Origin: Alphaproteobacteria bacterium
GTDB lineage: Bacteria; Pseudomonadota; Alphaproteobacteria; RF32; CAG-239
Length of the DNA: 64,000 nucleotides
Direction: 5' to 3'
NCBI GenBank assembly: GCA_045578445.1
Contig: JAZNKG010000011.1
Location: forward strand, 46,633 to 110,632
Shown: piece after piece, positions 9,283 through 21,727 of the stretch
How the letters are laid out: every line of letters starts with the position of its first letter
How positions within the stretch are numbered: the first letter of the stretch is position 1
The notes under the pieces: generated by a model
What the model was told of the DNA's origin: nothing
Databases searched by the model: none
Seen by the model: only the letters and a program-made list of their open reading frames with translations
Translations under genes and position numbers: made by a program

Positions 9283-11235
9283 TTAAGCAATTTTAGAAAA
9301 TAGTTTTTGTTTACTCAAAATATCTTGCTTGGTTAAGCTTGATTTTAAGAAAGGAGATGTTTCTATTAAATCAAGTGGAGCACCATCGCTTTCTATTTGA
9401 CCATCTTTTATAACAATTACCCTATCAGCAAGAGCTATTTCTGTTGGATTATGTGTTACAAGCAATACCGTTTTATTTTTAGCTTTTTCTTTTAAGGTTT
9501 TCATTACCTTGAAGCTTAACACTTGGTCTAACCCTGTTGTTGGCTCATCTAATATCATTATTGGACGGTCCGTTAAGAATATACGAGCTAAAGCCAAGCG
9601 TTGGCGCTGACCACCAGATAGGGCCCTACCATCTTGTCCAATTCTGTGATATACACCATCTTTTAGATTTAATATATCCTCTGTTAAGCCAGCAGAATCT
9701 AAAGCTTTTTGCAGTTCTTCTTCTGATGCGTTTTCTTTGAAGTATTTTAAGTTATACAACAATGTTTGATCAAAGAAGTGAACGTTTTGATCAACAAATG
9801 CTATTTGTTTGTTTATCTCGTTATCGGAAAGAGCGGTTAGAGTTTTTGTACCAAGTTTTATTGAGCCTGATGTCAGGTCATAATCGTGGCGTATTAGACT
9901 CATTAGAGTTGTTTTACCCTCACCTGATGTACCGGCAACAACGGTTATCTCTCCTGGATTTATTGTGGTTGTGATGCCTTTTATAACCTCGTTTCCACGT
10001 TCAATCGTTTCTTTTTCAGCGCCTAGCGTGGTTACATCTTTGATTTTCGGATAAGAAAAGCGAATGTCTTTTATGTTTATAGTATTATCTTCTGGTGTTA
10101 GCTTTTTAGAACCGGTTTTACGCTCTAATGCATGTGGGGTTATAAGTTGCTTTTGTGTATCTACAATCTCATTGCGATTATCTAATAGATATCTTTTATA
10201 CCAAAGAATTAATTGATAACTACGCCATCTAAATACTGATGTAGCACTATAAATCAAAGCCAATCTACCTATATCTTTTGAAACAATAATCTCGTGCAAA
10301 GCTATTGTTGCGATAAAAAAAGCAATCACCGCAGATACGATAAATGAAGAAATATTCTCCATTTTATAATCTGCAAAAAGAAGCTTTAGAGATGCTTTGG
10401 TATCTTTTTTCATTCTTTGTCTCATACAAATTTGTTCATTAGATATATTTAATGCATCTTGTACAAGTGCAGAATTTGCCATTATATCTCTATTTGTTTG
10501 TCTTACTTTTATCTTTATTAGTCTTTTTTTATTTTCTCTATTTCGCAATAAATATGATGCGTATCCGCTAAACTCTGCATATATTAAGCAAGCGACTACT
10601 ATCACAAAAAATAATTTAGATGAAACAATAAAAACACTAATCCCTGTTATACATAAAACAACAATTCCTCTTAGTTCATCTAATACATCACTCAATAGTT
10701 CCACTTTATTGTTTGTTATTTTTTCTACCATGTCATTCAAAGATGACGGTGAATTAACTTTAAAAAATGGACGTGGCTTGCGTATGATATCTGCAAAACC
10801 CTTAGTTTGTTCTGCCTCATTGTATTTGTATTTTATCACATCTCTATAACAATACCTTAAATTATTAAAAACAGGTTCAATCATTTTAGCTGCATTTAAT
10901 AATACCCAATATAGCAAAAATGTTGTTATTGCTTTTGGAGTATTATCTAATATTGCAGGCAATGAGCCATATACTAACATTTCAAAATAAGGGATTAACC
11001 CTTCTAGCATAGCTGATGCAATCCCTATAGCTATCATAAGGTATAAATTCTTCTTACAAATAGAATCCATTTCTTTATAGATATTAAAAGATAGAACAAA
11101 GGGATTTATATTGTTTTGAGATTTTATCTTGTAACCTTGGATAAATTCATAAAATTTTTTAATCTTTTGCTTTTCATAAGCAAAAAAACTTAAAGGTCGC
11201 TCAAACGAGTGAGCCAACTTATTATTATCAGTCAT
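9283..11235 (-). CDS. Fused ABC exporter (permease plus ATPase), paralog A
   Basis: The 650-aa protein has Walker A GTSGEGKTT and the canonical signature, Walker B and H-loop motifs. The last ~115 aa are almost identical to paralog B and both end in KQKLFSKIA. Confidence 0.85.
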   Translation of the reverse strand: MTDNNKLAHSFERPLSFFAYEKQKIKKFYEFIQGYKIKSQNNINPFVLSFNIYKEMDSICKKNLYLMIAIGIASAMLEGLIPYFEMLVYGSLPAILDNTPKAITTFLLYWVLLNAAKMIEPVFNNLRYCYRDVIKYKYNEAEQTKGFADIIRKPRPFFKVNSPSSLNDMVEKITNNKVELLSDVLDELRGIVVLCITGISVFIVSSKLFFVIVVACLIYAEFSGYASYLLRNRENKKRLIKIKVRQTNRDIMANSALVQDALNISNEQICMRQRMKKDTKASLKLLFADYKMENISSFIVSAVIAFFIATIALHEIIVSKDIGRLALIYSATSVFRWRSYQLILWYKRYLLDNRNEIVDTQKQLITPHALERKTGSKKLTPEDNTINIKDIRFSYPKIKDVTTLGAEKETIERGNEVIKGITTTINPGEITVVAGTSGEGKTTLMSLIRHDYDLTSGSIKLGTKTLTALSDNEINKQIAFVDQNVHFFDQTLLYNLKYFKENASEEELQKALDSAGLTEDILNLKDGVYHRIGQDGRALSGGQRQRLALARIFLTDRPIMILDEPTTGLDQVLSFKVMKTLKEKAKNKTVLLVTHNPTEIALADRVIVIKDGQIESDGAPLDLIETSPFLKSSLTKQDILSKQKLFSKIA

Positions 11236-11414
11236 AGATTAAATTTCCTTCTTAAATTATGTTAAAACAAATAAACTGTATTTGCCTGTTTTTAGGCTTA
11301 TAATTTAAGAAATTAAAAATATTTGATGTTTAATATAATAAATCATTTGTGTCCTTTTGTTTTTAATAAGGGAGAATAAGGTTTCTCCCTTATTGTTTTA
11401 TTATTATATTTAAA

Positions 11415-12842
11415 TTATTTCAAGCTTTCTATTAAAACCACTGGGTTAATGATTGTGCCAACGTCTTCTTTGAAGGTACCGGTTTTTAACCCTAATTCAA
11501 AAAACTCATAAGGTGTTATAGTTTCTTTTACGCTTTTTGCTAGTAGGTAAAGGCTAGATGCGAATACTTTCGCATATGGTCCAGCACAATGCTCAAAAGC
11601 ATATTCATCCATTTTCACACCTAGGGCAACAGTTTTGGCTCCACATGGAAAACAAAGTGAATTTGCAAATAACTCTTTTTTTGAACTTGGTACTTTATGA
11701 AGCGGTGAGTATTCTATTAACACATAATCATTTGGATTATCTAAATCGCCATCAAGTTTACAATAAACCCGCTCTTCTCTTAAAATTTTATTTTGTGTAA
11801 ATTTATTATAGTCATTACACCAAATTCCAAGTTGTTCTGCATCTTTTTTCGCTTTTACAGTCTCCTCATAACCTTCATCATTTTGAAACACCTCTGAAGT
11901 TAACGCTCCTTGAATATGAATAACATCAATACCGTTCTTTCCTTCTGATATAAGTTTCTTATGCAACTCACAAACTTTTTTTATTGCTTCAGCATAATTT
12001 ACTTGTGAACCTCTTGGATTTTCCTTTGTGCGCTGTTCATCAACTGCGTAGTAATATGCATTCGCATGAGGAGCTATTCCGCATGTCTTTCCAACAAATG
12101 CTGAAACAAAACCAACATTCGAACCTCCGCCGTAGTTTGTCGCATCAATACCAATTTCTTCATATCCTTTTAATGAGTTGTGATATTCCATATGATTAAA
12201 AAGGCGTTGCCAATCAATAATTGCTATGTTTCTTCCATTACCTTTTATGCCTTGCTTGTGAAGAGTTTTAATACCCAACCCTGGGTTTTTGCGAGCTTCT
12301 AAAAACTCTTTTGGATTAAAACCAGCTGGAAGCATTGATTTATCTTCTGGCCATTTAGTATCTTCTGAATAGCGAACAAATATAGGATTCAAACCAGATA
12401 AATCATATTCTGAAAGATCTAAATGTTCAAAAGATTTATATTCACCACGACCACCAGCGCTTGTTGGTGTTTTTGGGAAAAAGGTTTTCTTTTTAGAATC
12501 ATATTCTAATTTATAGTCTTCTGGTTTGTTTAACTGAAATATCTTTTGCTCATATCCGGTTGTAATGCGTCCACCATGCCATAATTTGAATGGATTTTTC
12601 AGTGTTTTGTTTTTAGTAACAATTAAAGCTTCTGCTAATTTATGTGATTCTTGTTTAATTAAATCATTCCAACTATCAAAGCCATATTCTTTGGCAATAA
12701 CATGCTGAGCATTCATTAATGATAATTCACTTTTACCACTAAAATACTTTTCACATCTTGATTTTGCTTCTGGGAGATTTTTCTTAAAGTCTTTTAAGAG
12801 ACATTTTGCTTCCACTTGGAAGTATTCAATATACTTTGTCAT
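11415..12842 (-). CDS. Hypothetical 475-aa protein with a subtilase (S8)-like C-terminal domain lacking the catalytic His; no signal peptide
   Basis: LHKQGIKGNGRNIAIIDWQ aligns with the subtilisin Asp block LHSQGYTGSNVKVAVIDSG, and GIAPHANAYYYAV aligns with GVAPSASLYAVKV. The HGTH position reads YGGGSN and the GTSMA Ser position reads EHCAGP (His lost, Ser possibly replaced by Cys). The N-terminus is hydrophilic. Confidence 0.5.
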   Translation of the reverse strand: MTKYIEYFQVEAKCLLKDFKKNLPEAKSRCEKYFSGKSELSLMNAQHVIAKEYGFDSWNDLIKQESHKLAEALIVTKNKTLKNPFKLWHGGRITTGYEQKIFQLNKPEDYKLEYDSKKKTFFPKTPTSAGGRGEYKSFEHLDLSEYDLSGLNPIFVRYSEDTKWPEDKSMLPAGFNPKEFLEARKNPGLGIKTLHKQGIKGNGRNIAIIDWQRLFNHMEYHNSLKGYEEIGIDATNYGGGSNVGFVSAFVGKTCGIAPHANAYYYAVDEQRTKENPRGSQVNYAEAIKKVCELHKKLISEGKNGIDVIHIQGALTSEVFQNDEGYEETVKAKKDAEQLGIWCNDYNKFTQNKILREERVYCKLDGDLDNPNDYVLIEYSPLHKVPSSKKELFANSLCFPCGAKTVALGVKMDEYAFEHCAGPYAKVFASSLYLLAKSVKETITPYEFFELGLKTGTFKEDVGTIINPVVLIESLK

Positions 12843-13025
12843 ATCTTATTCCTTTCTAAATAACCTATCCTAACGCCTGTCCGATTAGCATTGATAAGCT
12901 ACTTAAAAGAAATCTATGTAATAAAATCATCATGGCAATGTTTCACTTTGGCGGACATACCGAGCGCTTGCCTCACTCATAATGTTTCTTATATCGCAAA
13001 AATGTCCTTATGTCAATAATCTTTT

Positions 13026-13060
13026 TATAAAAAAATAGCCACCTAATTTTAGATGGCTAT
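13026..13060 (-). terminator. Rho-independent terminator after infC
   Basis: Minus-strand RNA UAGCCAUCUAA-aau-UAGGUGGCUA is followed by UUUUUUU. Confidence 0.55.
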
Positions 13061-13083
13061 TATTATTGCTTTTAGTGGTAAAT

Positions 13084-13635
13084 TTATGCAGGAGATACAA
13101 TCATATATACTTGCTTACCTTCTGCTTTAGGAGCAGCGTCTACTTTGCATAAGCCCTCTAAATCTTCTATCAATTTATTCAAAATTTCTTTACCCATATC
13201 GTTGGCAGACATTTCTCTACCTTTGTAACGCATAGTAAATTTAACTTTATCACCTTGGCTTAAGAATTTTTTAGCTTGTTTGAGCTTTACTTCATAGTCA
13301 TGAGCTTCAATCATTGGACGGAGTTTTAACTCTTTTATACTAACTACTTTTTGATTTTTCTTAGCTTCGTTTTTCTTTTTCTGCATTTCATACTTGTACT
13401 TACCATAGTCAAGCACTTTACATACAGGAGGTGTTACTTGTGGAGATATTTCTATTAAATCCAGCCCAACTTCTTGAGCAATACTTAGCGCTTCTGAAAT
13501 AGAAACAACCCCTAAATTTTCTCCATTATAATTAATTAAACGAACTTCTTTTGCTTTAATTTCTCTATTTATGCGTGGTCCGTCAGCTTCACGTACTGGC
13601 GCATTATTATTTTCCGTAGCTATTTTTGCCTCCAA
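13084..13635 (-). CDS. infC: Translation initiation factor IF-3
   Basis: The 183-aa protein is conserved along its whole length with IF-3 N- and C-domains (…INREIKAKEVRLINYNGENLGVVSISEALSIAQEVGLDLIEISPQVTPPVCKVLDYGKYKYE…). Confidence 0.9.
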   Translation of the reverse strand: MEAKIATENNNAPVREADGPRINREIKAKEVRLINYNGENLGVVSISEALSIAQEVGLDLIEISPQVTPPVCKVLDYGKYKYEMQKKKNEAKKNQKVVSIKELKLRPMIEAHDYEVKLKQAKKFLSQGDKVKFTMRYKGREMSANDMGKEILNKLIEDLEGLCKVDAAPKAEGKQVYMIVSPA

Positions 13636-13705
13636 TAAAAATTAATATTACGAAATGTATAATAATCTAACTTATTATATTTCGCAAGAAAAATCTTTAT
13701 TTTTG

Positions 13706-14554
13706 TTATATCGCAAAAGTATGCTTTTTTTGATAGATTAAAGCTAGGTCAAAACTATAAATATTTGTGTTGTAATAATTTGAATGAGCGAATGTTATTT
13801 CTGCTGTTTTTTTATCAAATTCTACACCAATAAATCCTTTTTTTATCATAGTATCAATTAGTTCAAATCTATCATAAGGAAGTGTTATTCTTGTTTTTAT
13901 ATCAGATAAAACACTTGATTTTCCCATTGGTTTATGAAGAAGAGAAATTTTTCCGCCATCAGAGGGGTCTATAGAGGTCTGAAATAAATTAAAGCGACAA
14001 GCAAAATATGGTGTCATATTCCAACGATTGTTTCTATCTACAATTGACGCACAATCTGTACAATTTAATAATGACGCCTGTTCCATACGATAGTTAATCA
14101 TTGCTGTATTAATAGCATTACCTCTATATGATGGATGAACTGAATCTGCACCAAATGTTGCTATACGAGAATTTGCATTTCTCCTTTTATCAAAAAAATT
14201 ATATTCGCAGTTTGGCAACTCTTCCTGTAAATCTTCGTTATTTTCGCAAATTTTGATATAAGACATCCCTATGAGCTCTTTTCCAACAAAAGCTCCTATA
14301 TAACGAATGTTTCTGTTTTTAAAAACACTGTTATAATATTCTTTAGAGTGTTTATGAATAAAACATTCTTGTCCTTCAGAAAGATTTGCATAGATGGTTT
14401 CTGAAAGTTTACCCATTGCTTCAGCGTCTTTTATATTTAGAGGTCTGATATGATAATGTATAGGTTTATCAAGTTTAATACCGTCAACTTTGTTAATGTT
14501 GCCCAACCAAACCATTTCTCCATTTACTTGATATTTTTTTAATTCTGTACTCAT
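13706..14554 (-). CDS. GNAT-family N-acetyltransferase domain protein with an extra C-terminal region
   Basis: GNAT motif A (VHPSYRGNAINTAMINYRMEQA) is present. The start is set at the ATG (MSTELKK) preceded by a GAGGA RBS; the longer TTG-initiated ORF would translate through a terminator hairpin. Confidence 0.55.
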   Translation of the reverse strand: MSTELKKYQVNGEMVWLGNINKVDGIKLDKPIHYHIRPLNIKDAEAMGKLSETIYANLSEGQECFIHKHSKEYYNSVFKNRNIRYIGAFVGKELIGMSYIKICENNEDLQEELPNCEYNFFDKRRNANSRIATFGADSVHPSYRGNAINTAMINYRMEQASLLNCTDCASIVDRNNRWNMTPYFACRFNLFQTSIDPSDGGKISLLHKPMGKSSVLSDIKTRITLPYDRFELIDTMIKKGFIGVEFDKKTAEITFAHSNYYNTNIYSFDLALIYQKKHTFAI

Positions 14555-14579
14555 TTTTTCCTCTAAACAATTAAACAAT

Positions 14580-14768
14580 AAAAAAAGCGGGAACAATTCC
14601 CGCTTTAAACACTTTTGTGAAGATAAATTATCTGCAACACAAAACTAACGGCGGGAACATATTTTCCTGACGTTTTATCTTGAATTGCTTTATAGTTAAA
14701 TTACCTAACATTTCATCCTCATTAAAAAAGTTGAAGGTATTATGCATTATTTTATGGTAACTTGTCAA
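14580..14768 (-). promoter_or_regulatory. Candidate transcription-attenuation leader upstream of the GNAT gene
   Basis: On the minus strand a TTGACA-N18-CATAAT promoter (plus-strand 14739-14768) is followed by a ~125-nt leader ending in a GCGGGAA-caa-UUCCCGC-U7 terminator only ~25 nt before the GNAT RBS. The leader holds a second UUCCCGC copy inside a 27-codon ORF (MLGNLTIKQFKIKRQENMFPPLVLCCR). Confidence 0.35.
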
Positions 14769-14793
14769 CTAGTTTTATATATTATATTTATGA

Positions 14794-17659
<2,866 letters not shown>

Positions 17660-19841
17660 AATCTATTCCTAACTTAGATAGAATATCTTCATTTTGTGAA
17701 GTTCTTTGAGCTACAATCCAATCTGGCACCCATGCTGAATGTGGTATTTTAGACATTGCCAACATTTTTTTATCTAAATAAAAACGAGGGGCATCTGCCA
17801 TAATTGGTGTTTCAATATGACCTTGCATCAATACAACTTGTTTTAACATTGGTAAACTTAGCAAGTCATTTGACTTAATAGCTGCAACACCTGTTAATTG
17901 ATAACTTACATTCTTTGCAAATGGGTTAAATTCTTTATTTAAGCTACCCTCTTGTCTAGAATAAGATGTTGTTTGGATTGTCTTTTGACCAATCATTTTT
18001 GAGAAACGTTCTGCAGTTTGTTCGTTATTCTGTGAAAGAATAACTTTACAAGCTGTTGTAGAAATAACTGTTTCAAGGTCATCTTTACCATATTTACCAG
18101 AAATTTGACCTAAGTCTTGTCCAATTAGTAGATATGATACTTTTTGACCACGTCCCACCGCTGGTCCGTCAATTACCGCTTTAAGTTTTGGCATTTGAGG
18201 AAACTCGTCGAGCACAAACAATACTGGGAATGGCCCCATTTTACCATCTGTTGTGTTAACAAAGTTTGGTGGGTTAGAAATTAAATATGCACTCATCAAG
18301 TCAACGAACACTGCACTAATTGGGTTCAATGCTTGGGCATCTGTTTGGTTAACTGATAAGTATACTGCAATTGGTTTCCATTCGCCTGTTACAGGGTCTT
18401 TAAGACCGCGCATATCCTTAAACTTGATGTCAGAAAAACTAGTTCTTGCAACCACCGCAGAGTTTTTAAAGATACGAATACCGTTGAAAGCCATAGATAA
18501 CACAGAACCACGTTCTTTATCTGGTTTAGACCTTAGACCACTTAACTCTTGAATACAACGACGAGAATAACCATAGTCATTTGCCTCATTAATAGCTCCA
18601 TCAAGCAACTCACCCATAAGGTCAGCCATGGCTGCCATTTGGTCACCTTCTTCTTGACGGCGTTTTATCTCGTTACTTTGTTCGATTGTTGCTGTGGTAA
18701 TCCATTCTAGAATCATAGCCAAACAAGCTTCATGATTTACCCATCTATCTGGGAAAGAATTCCATGTACCAATAGGTAAGTAGTTTTCTATTGTTAAATT
18801 ATTACTTTGCAAATCTTGTAAAGCTCTAATTGCATTGTTTTGCAAATTACCACCTTGCATATCTTCATAATGACTCATAAGCTCTGCTTTATCTTCTTCC
18901 GTCATTGTTCCTTCAACAATTTTTTGAATAAAGCGCTCATTTGCTAAAGCTTTTTCGCATTTTGAAGCCACAAATTGAATAAGACCACACAAAGCTCCTC
19001 GACCTGCTTGTGACCAATATGCATCACCGCCACCTTTAGGATCTTCTACTAAAGTATTACACATTGAATCAATATACAAGTCACGTGCAGGACCTGGAGC
19101 AGGTAATGCCCCTGGAGATAATGGATTCCAGCTAGGATAATATTCACCAGTTAGTGGGTTATCCTCCTTACCCCAGTTGATTACAAAAACAGGTCCTACT
19201 TTACTTCTTGCTCCTGTTGTGGAATAACACAATTCAGGTTTAGGGTCATTTACAATAATACTCATTGTGTCTGAGTTAAAAATTGTAGGAATCACAACAC
19301 CGGCAGTTTTACCTGTACCTGGAGGAGCACAACACAGCGTTGATAATGTTTCTTTTAATTTTAACATTTTTCCTTGAAAACGCCCTACAACCATGCAAAA
19401 ACCATCAAAACCTAATAAAGGCATGCGCTCAATATCTCTTAATGTAGCAATATGTGCTGAACCATGAACATTTGATTGGAATTTATATGGACATTTTACA
19501 GCACCTGTTATTAATATTACAGGAAAAGATATAAATGGTAATAATGGCAACCATGAACTTAATTTTGTTGGAACTGATTGTGTAAAAATCCTTCTGAACC
19601 ATTTTGCATACTGATTATAAAGAGTCTCAGGATTAGAAATAGTTTTTTTGATAAAAAGACTAACTGTATCCATACTTTTTTTAGAAATACCTTGCTGTAT
19701 TAGGTATGCTAATGGATGTGCTAGATATAGCAATACGATACTAACACCTATTGAAATAAAGAAAGTCATTGTAATCCAACGTACCGCGTTGTCATACTCT
19801 TCCCATTCTTTTCCTCTTTCTTTTGCCATTTTACACCCCTA

Positions 19842-21170
19842 TTATGCCATACTTCTAAATAATTTTCTTAATTTTTCTAATGTTTCCTCGCCAACTTTAG
19901 CTTCGCAATTATCTACCACTTTAGAGAATAAACGTATTTCTTTTGGACTACCTCTATTTATACGAGTAACATTAATATTCATATCTTGCCAAATTTCAAA
20001 CATATCCTCTGCATTAATGATATTGCCAGATTGAACAATAACATGTGGAATTACATTAAATTTCATATCAGCCACAGAAAGCTTTGTTCGTAATGCATCG
20101 CAAACAATATCAATTTGTCTTACTGGAGATATTCTGTGACTACTTTCTGAGAACCATAGTGGCTCTTCATCATTGAATTTTTCTTCATCTGCCAACCAAT
20201 CTCCTATTTCTTTATCAACAAGACAAACAAGTAAGGTGTCTTTTGAAACAGCAATACAATCAACTTTAGTGCTTTTTATTATTGGAGAAGGAATAATATC
20301 ATACCCCTTTTGAGTTAGTACATCAATAACAGGGGTTTGCGATTCCCTAACAGCGGAAGTGTCTTGATTAGAATTACTGTCATTGTTGTTCTTTTCCTCT
20401 TTTTTAGGTTTATTATCTTTTCTATTGTTTCTATCATTGTTCTTATTGTGTTTTTCTTCTTTTTTAGCGTTATCAAAACGACTATCAAAATCACTAACCC
20501 CATCTTCAGGTATCAGACTTGATGGTGGTGCTGGCGGATTTTCAACAGACTTTGGCTTGTCTTTTTTATCAAAATCAAAGTCGAAATCAAAATCATCCTC
20601 ATCAAAATTAAATAAAGCATGGTTAATTGGAGCTTCTTGTTTCTTTTTATTTGGAGTATATGACGATGTTGGTCTAGGTGAGGATATAGTAGATGTTGGA
20701 GTCTGTTTAGTGTATATATTTGATTGCATTAATGTTGCTGACGGCAAAGGCTGAGGCTTAACAGCTGTTTTTTTGATAACAGGTGTATTTTTAATTACAG
20801 GAGTTTCCTCTTTTACAGCTTTTTTCTTAATAACAACTGTAGGTTTTGTTTTTAAGGTTAATTTTCTGTATAAATATAAAGGACTATAGAATAGATGTTT
20901 GAAAAATCTATTCCATTTAACCAAGCATAAGCCTATCCACCCTGCAAATAATAACGGTACACTACTTAATACAATCAAAAAGAATCCAAACTCTGATGCG
21001 GTAATAGGCTCTCCGCTATTCCATTTTTCTCCCAATAAAATCCAATGTTCTTTAAGAAAAATATCAAAGTGCCAATTGATTAGTAAAACCACCCTTAACC
21101 CATCTATGAATACTATACTCCATAGATAGCCAACTAATAAAGTTTTTAATATTATAGTTAGTGGTTTCAA
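19842..21170 (-). CDS. Membrane-anchored hypothetical protein with a low-complexity linker and a C-terminal globular domain
   Basis: The 442-aa protein has 2-3 N-terminal TM helices, then KKTAVK / VIKNTPVIK repeats, an FDFDFDFDFD run and a K/N-rich tract, then a ~150-aa domain (…VDCIAVSKDTLLVCLVDKEIGDW…). Its stop lies 12 nt from the virD4 start. Confidence 0.55.
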   Translation of the reverse strand: MKPLTIILKTLLVGYLWSIVFIDGLRVVLLINWHFDIFLKEHWILLGEKWNSGEPITASEFGFFLIVLSSVPLLFAGWIGLCLVKWNRFFKHLFYSPLYLYRKLTLKTKPTVVIKKKAVKEETPVIKNTPVIKKTAVKPQPLPSATLMQSNIYTKQTPTSTISSPRPTSSYTPNKKKQEAPINHALFNFDEDDFDFDFDFDKKDKPKSVENPPAPPSSLIPEDGVSDFDSRFDNAKKEEKHNKNNDRNNRKDNKPKKEEKNNNDSNSNQDTSAVRESQTPVIDVLTQKGYDIIPSPIIKSTKVDCIAVSKDTLLVCLVDKEIGDWLADEEKFNDEEPLWFSESSHRISPVRQIDIVCDALRTKLSVADMKFNVIPHVIVQSGNIINAEDMFEIWQDMNINVTRINRGSPKEIRLFSKVVDNCEAKVGEETLEKLRKLFRSMA

Positions 21171-21224
21171 ATTGTTCTCCGTTCTTGTTTTTTGTATTAT
21201 AGATTAAATTTAGTTAACAACTCA

Positions 21225-21713
21225 TTATTGTTTTACATTTTCTTCTATTTTTGCTGAAATTTGTTTACGAATGTCTAAAGGTGTGTTTGCAGATCCTCCA
21301 TTTTCATTGTTTCTTATTTTTTCTGAAATTATTTCATCTATAGTTTTATCTTTAACACCAATATTTTTGATAGAAACATGTTCAACCTCTAAAGTTTTAG
21401 GTTTTGTAGCCTTTCTATATACCGCAATTATTGGTAGTAATAAAAATTTTCCTAATCCAAATTTGTACAATTTTTTACTTGCTATAAACCAAACAATAGG
21501 AAAAGCGATTAAAGATACGATAAAAGTAATATCTTTAAATGTTTTGAAAGACCCACCTTTTTCCCAAAAATTGTACAATGTATTATAATCATTTTTATCT
21601 AGGATATTAAAACCCCATAAAAATTGAAAAACGAATCGCCCCACGAGAGCAAAAACACAAAAAACTAATAATCCAATTACACTGAATCTAAATAACTTAA
21701 TAATTTTTTTCAT
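21225..21713 (-). CDS. Small 2-TM membrane protein (162 aa)
   Basis: Two hydrophobic helices are followed by a basic/hydrophilic tail. The gene lies between the two larger hypothetical genes with 14- and 54-nt gaps. Confidence 0.5.
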   Translation of the reverse strand: MKKIIKLFRFSVIGLLVFCVFALVGRFVFQFLWGFNILDKNDYNTLYNFWEKGGSFKTFKDITFIVSLIAFPIVWFIASKKLYKFGLGKFLLLPIIAVYRKATKPKTLEVEHVSIKNIGVKDKTIDEIISEKIRNNENGGSANTPLDIRKQISAKIEENVKQ

Positions 21714-21727
21714 ATTTACCCCTTATT

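Noticed and set aside
13706-14596. The GNAT ORF can be extended to a TTG start at 14596, giving MFPLFLLFNCLEEK-.
   Set aside because: The extension would translate the GCGGGAA-caa-TTCCCGC terminator hairpin, and an ATG with a GAGGA RBS lies 42 nt downstream at 14554. The shorter start was adopted.
20315-20754. Antisense ORFs of 61-123 aa lie within the 442-aa gene's low-complexity region.
   Set aside because: They overlap the better-supported minus-strand gene completely and derive from the K/N/D-rich repetitive coding sequence.
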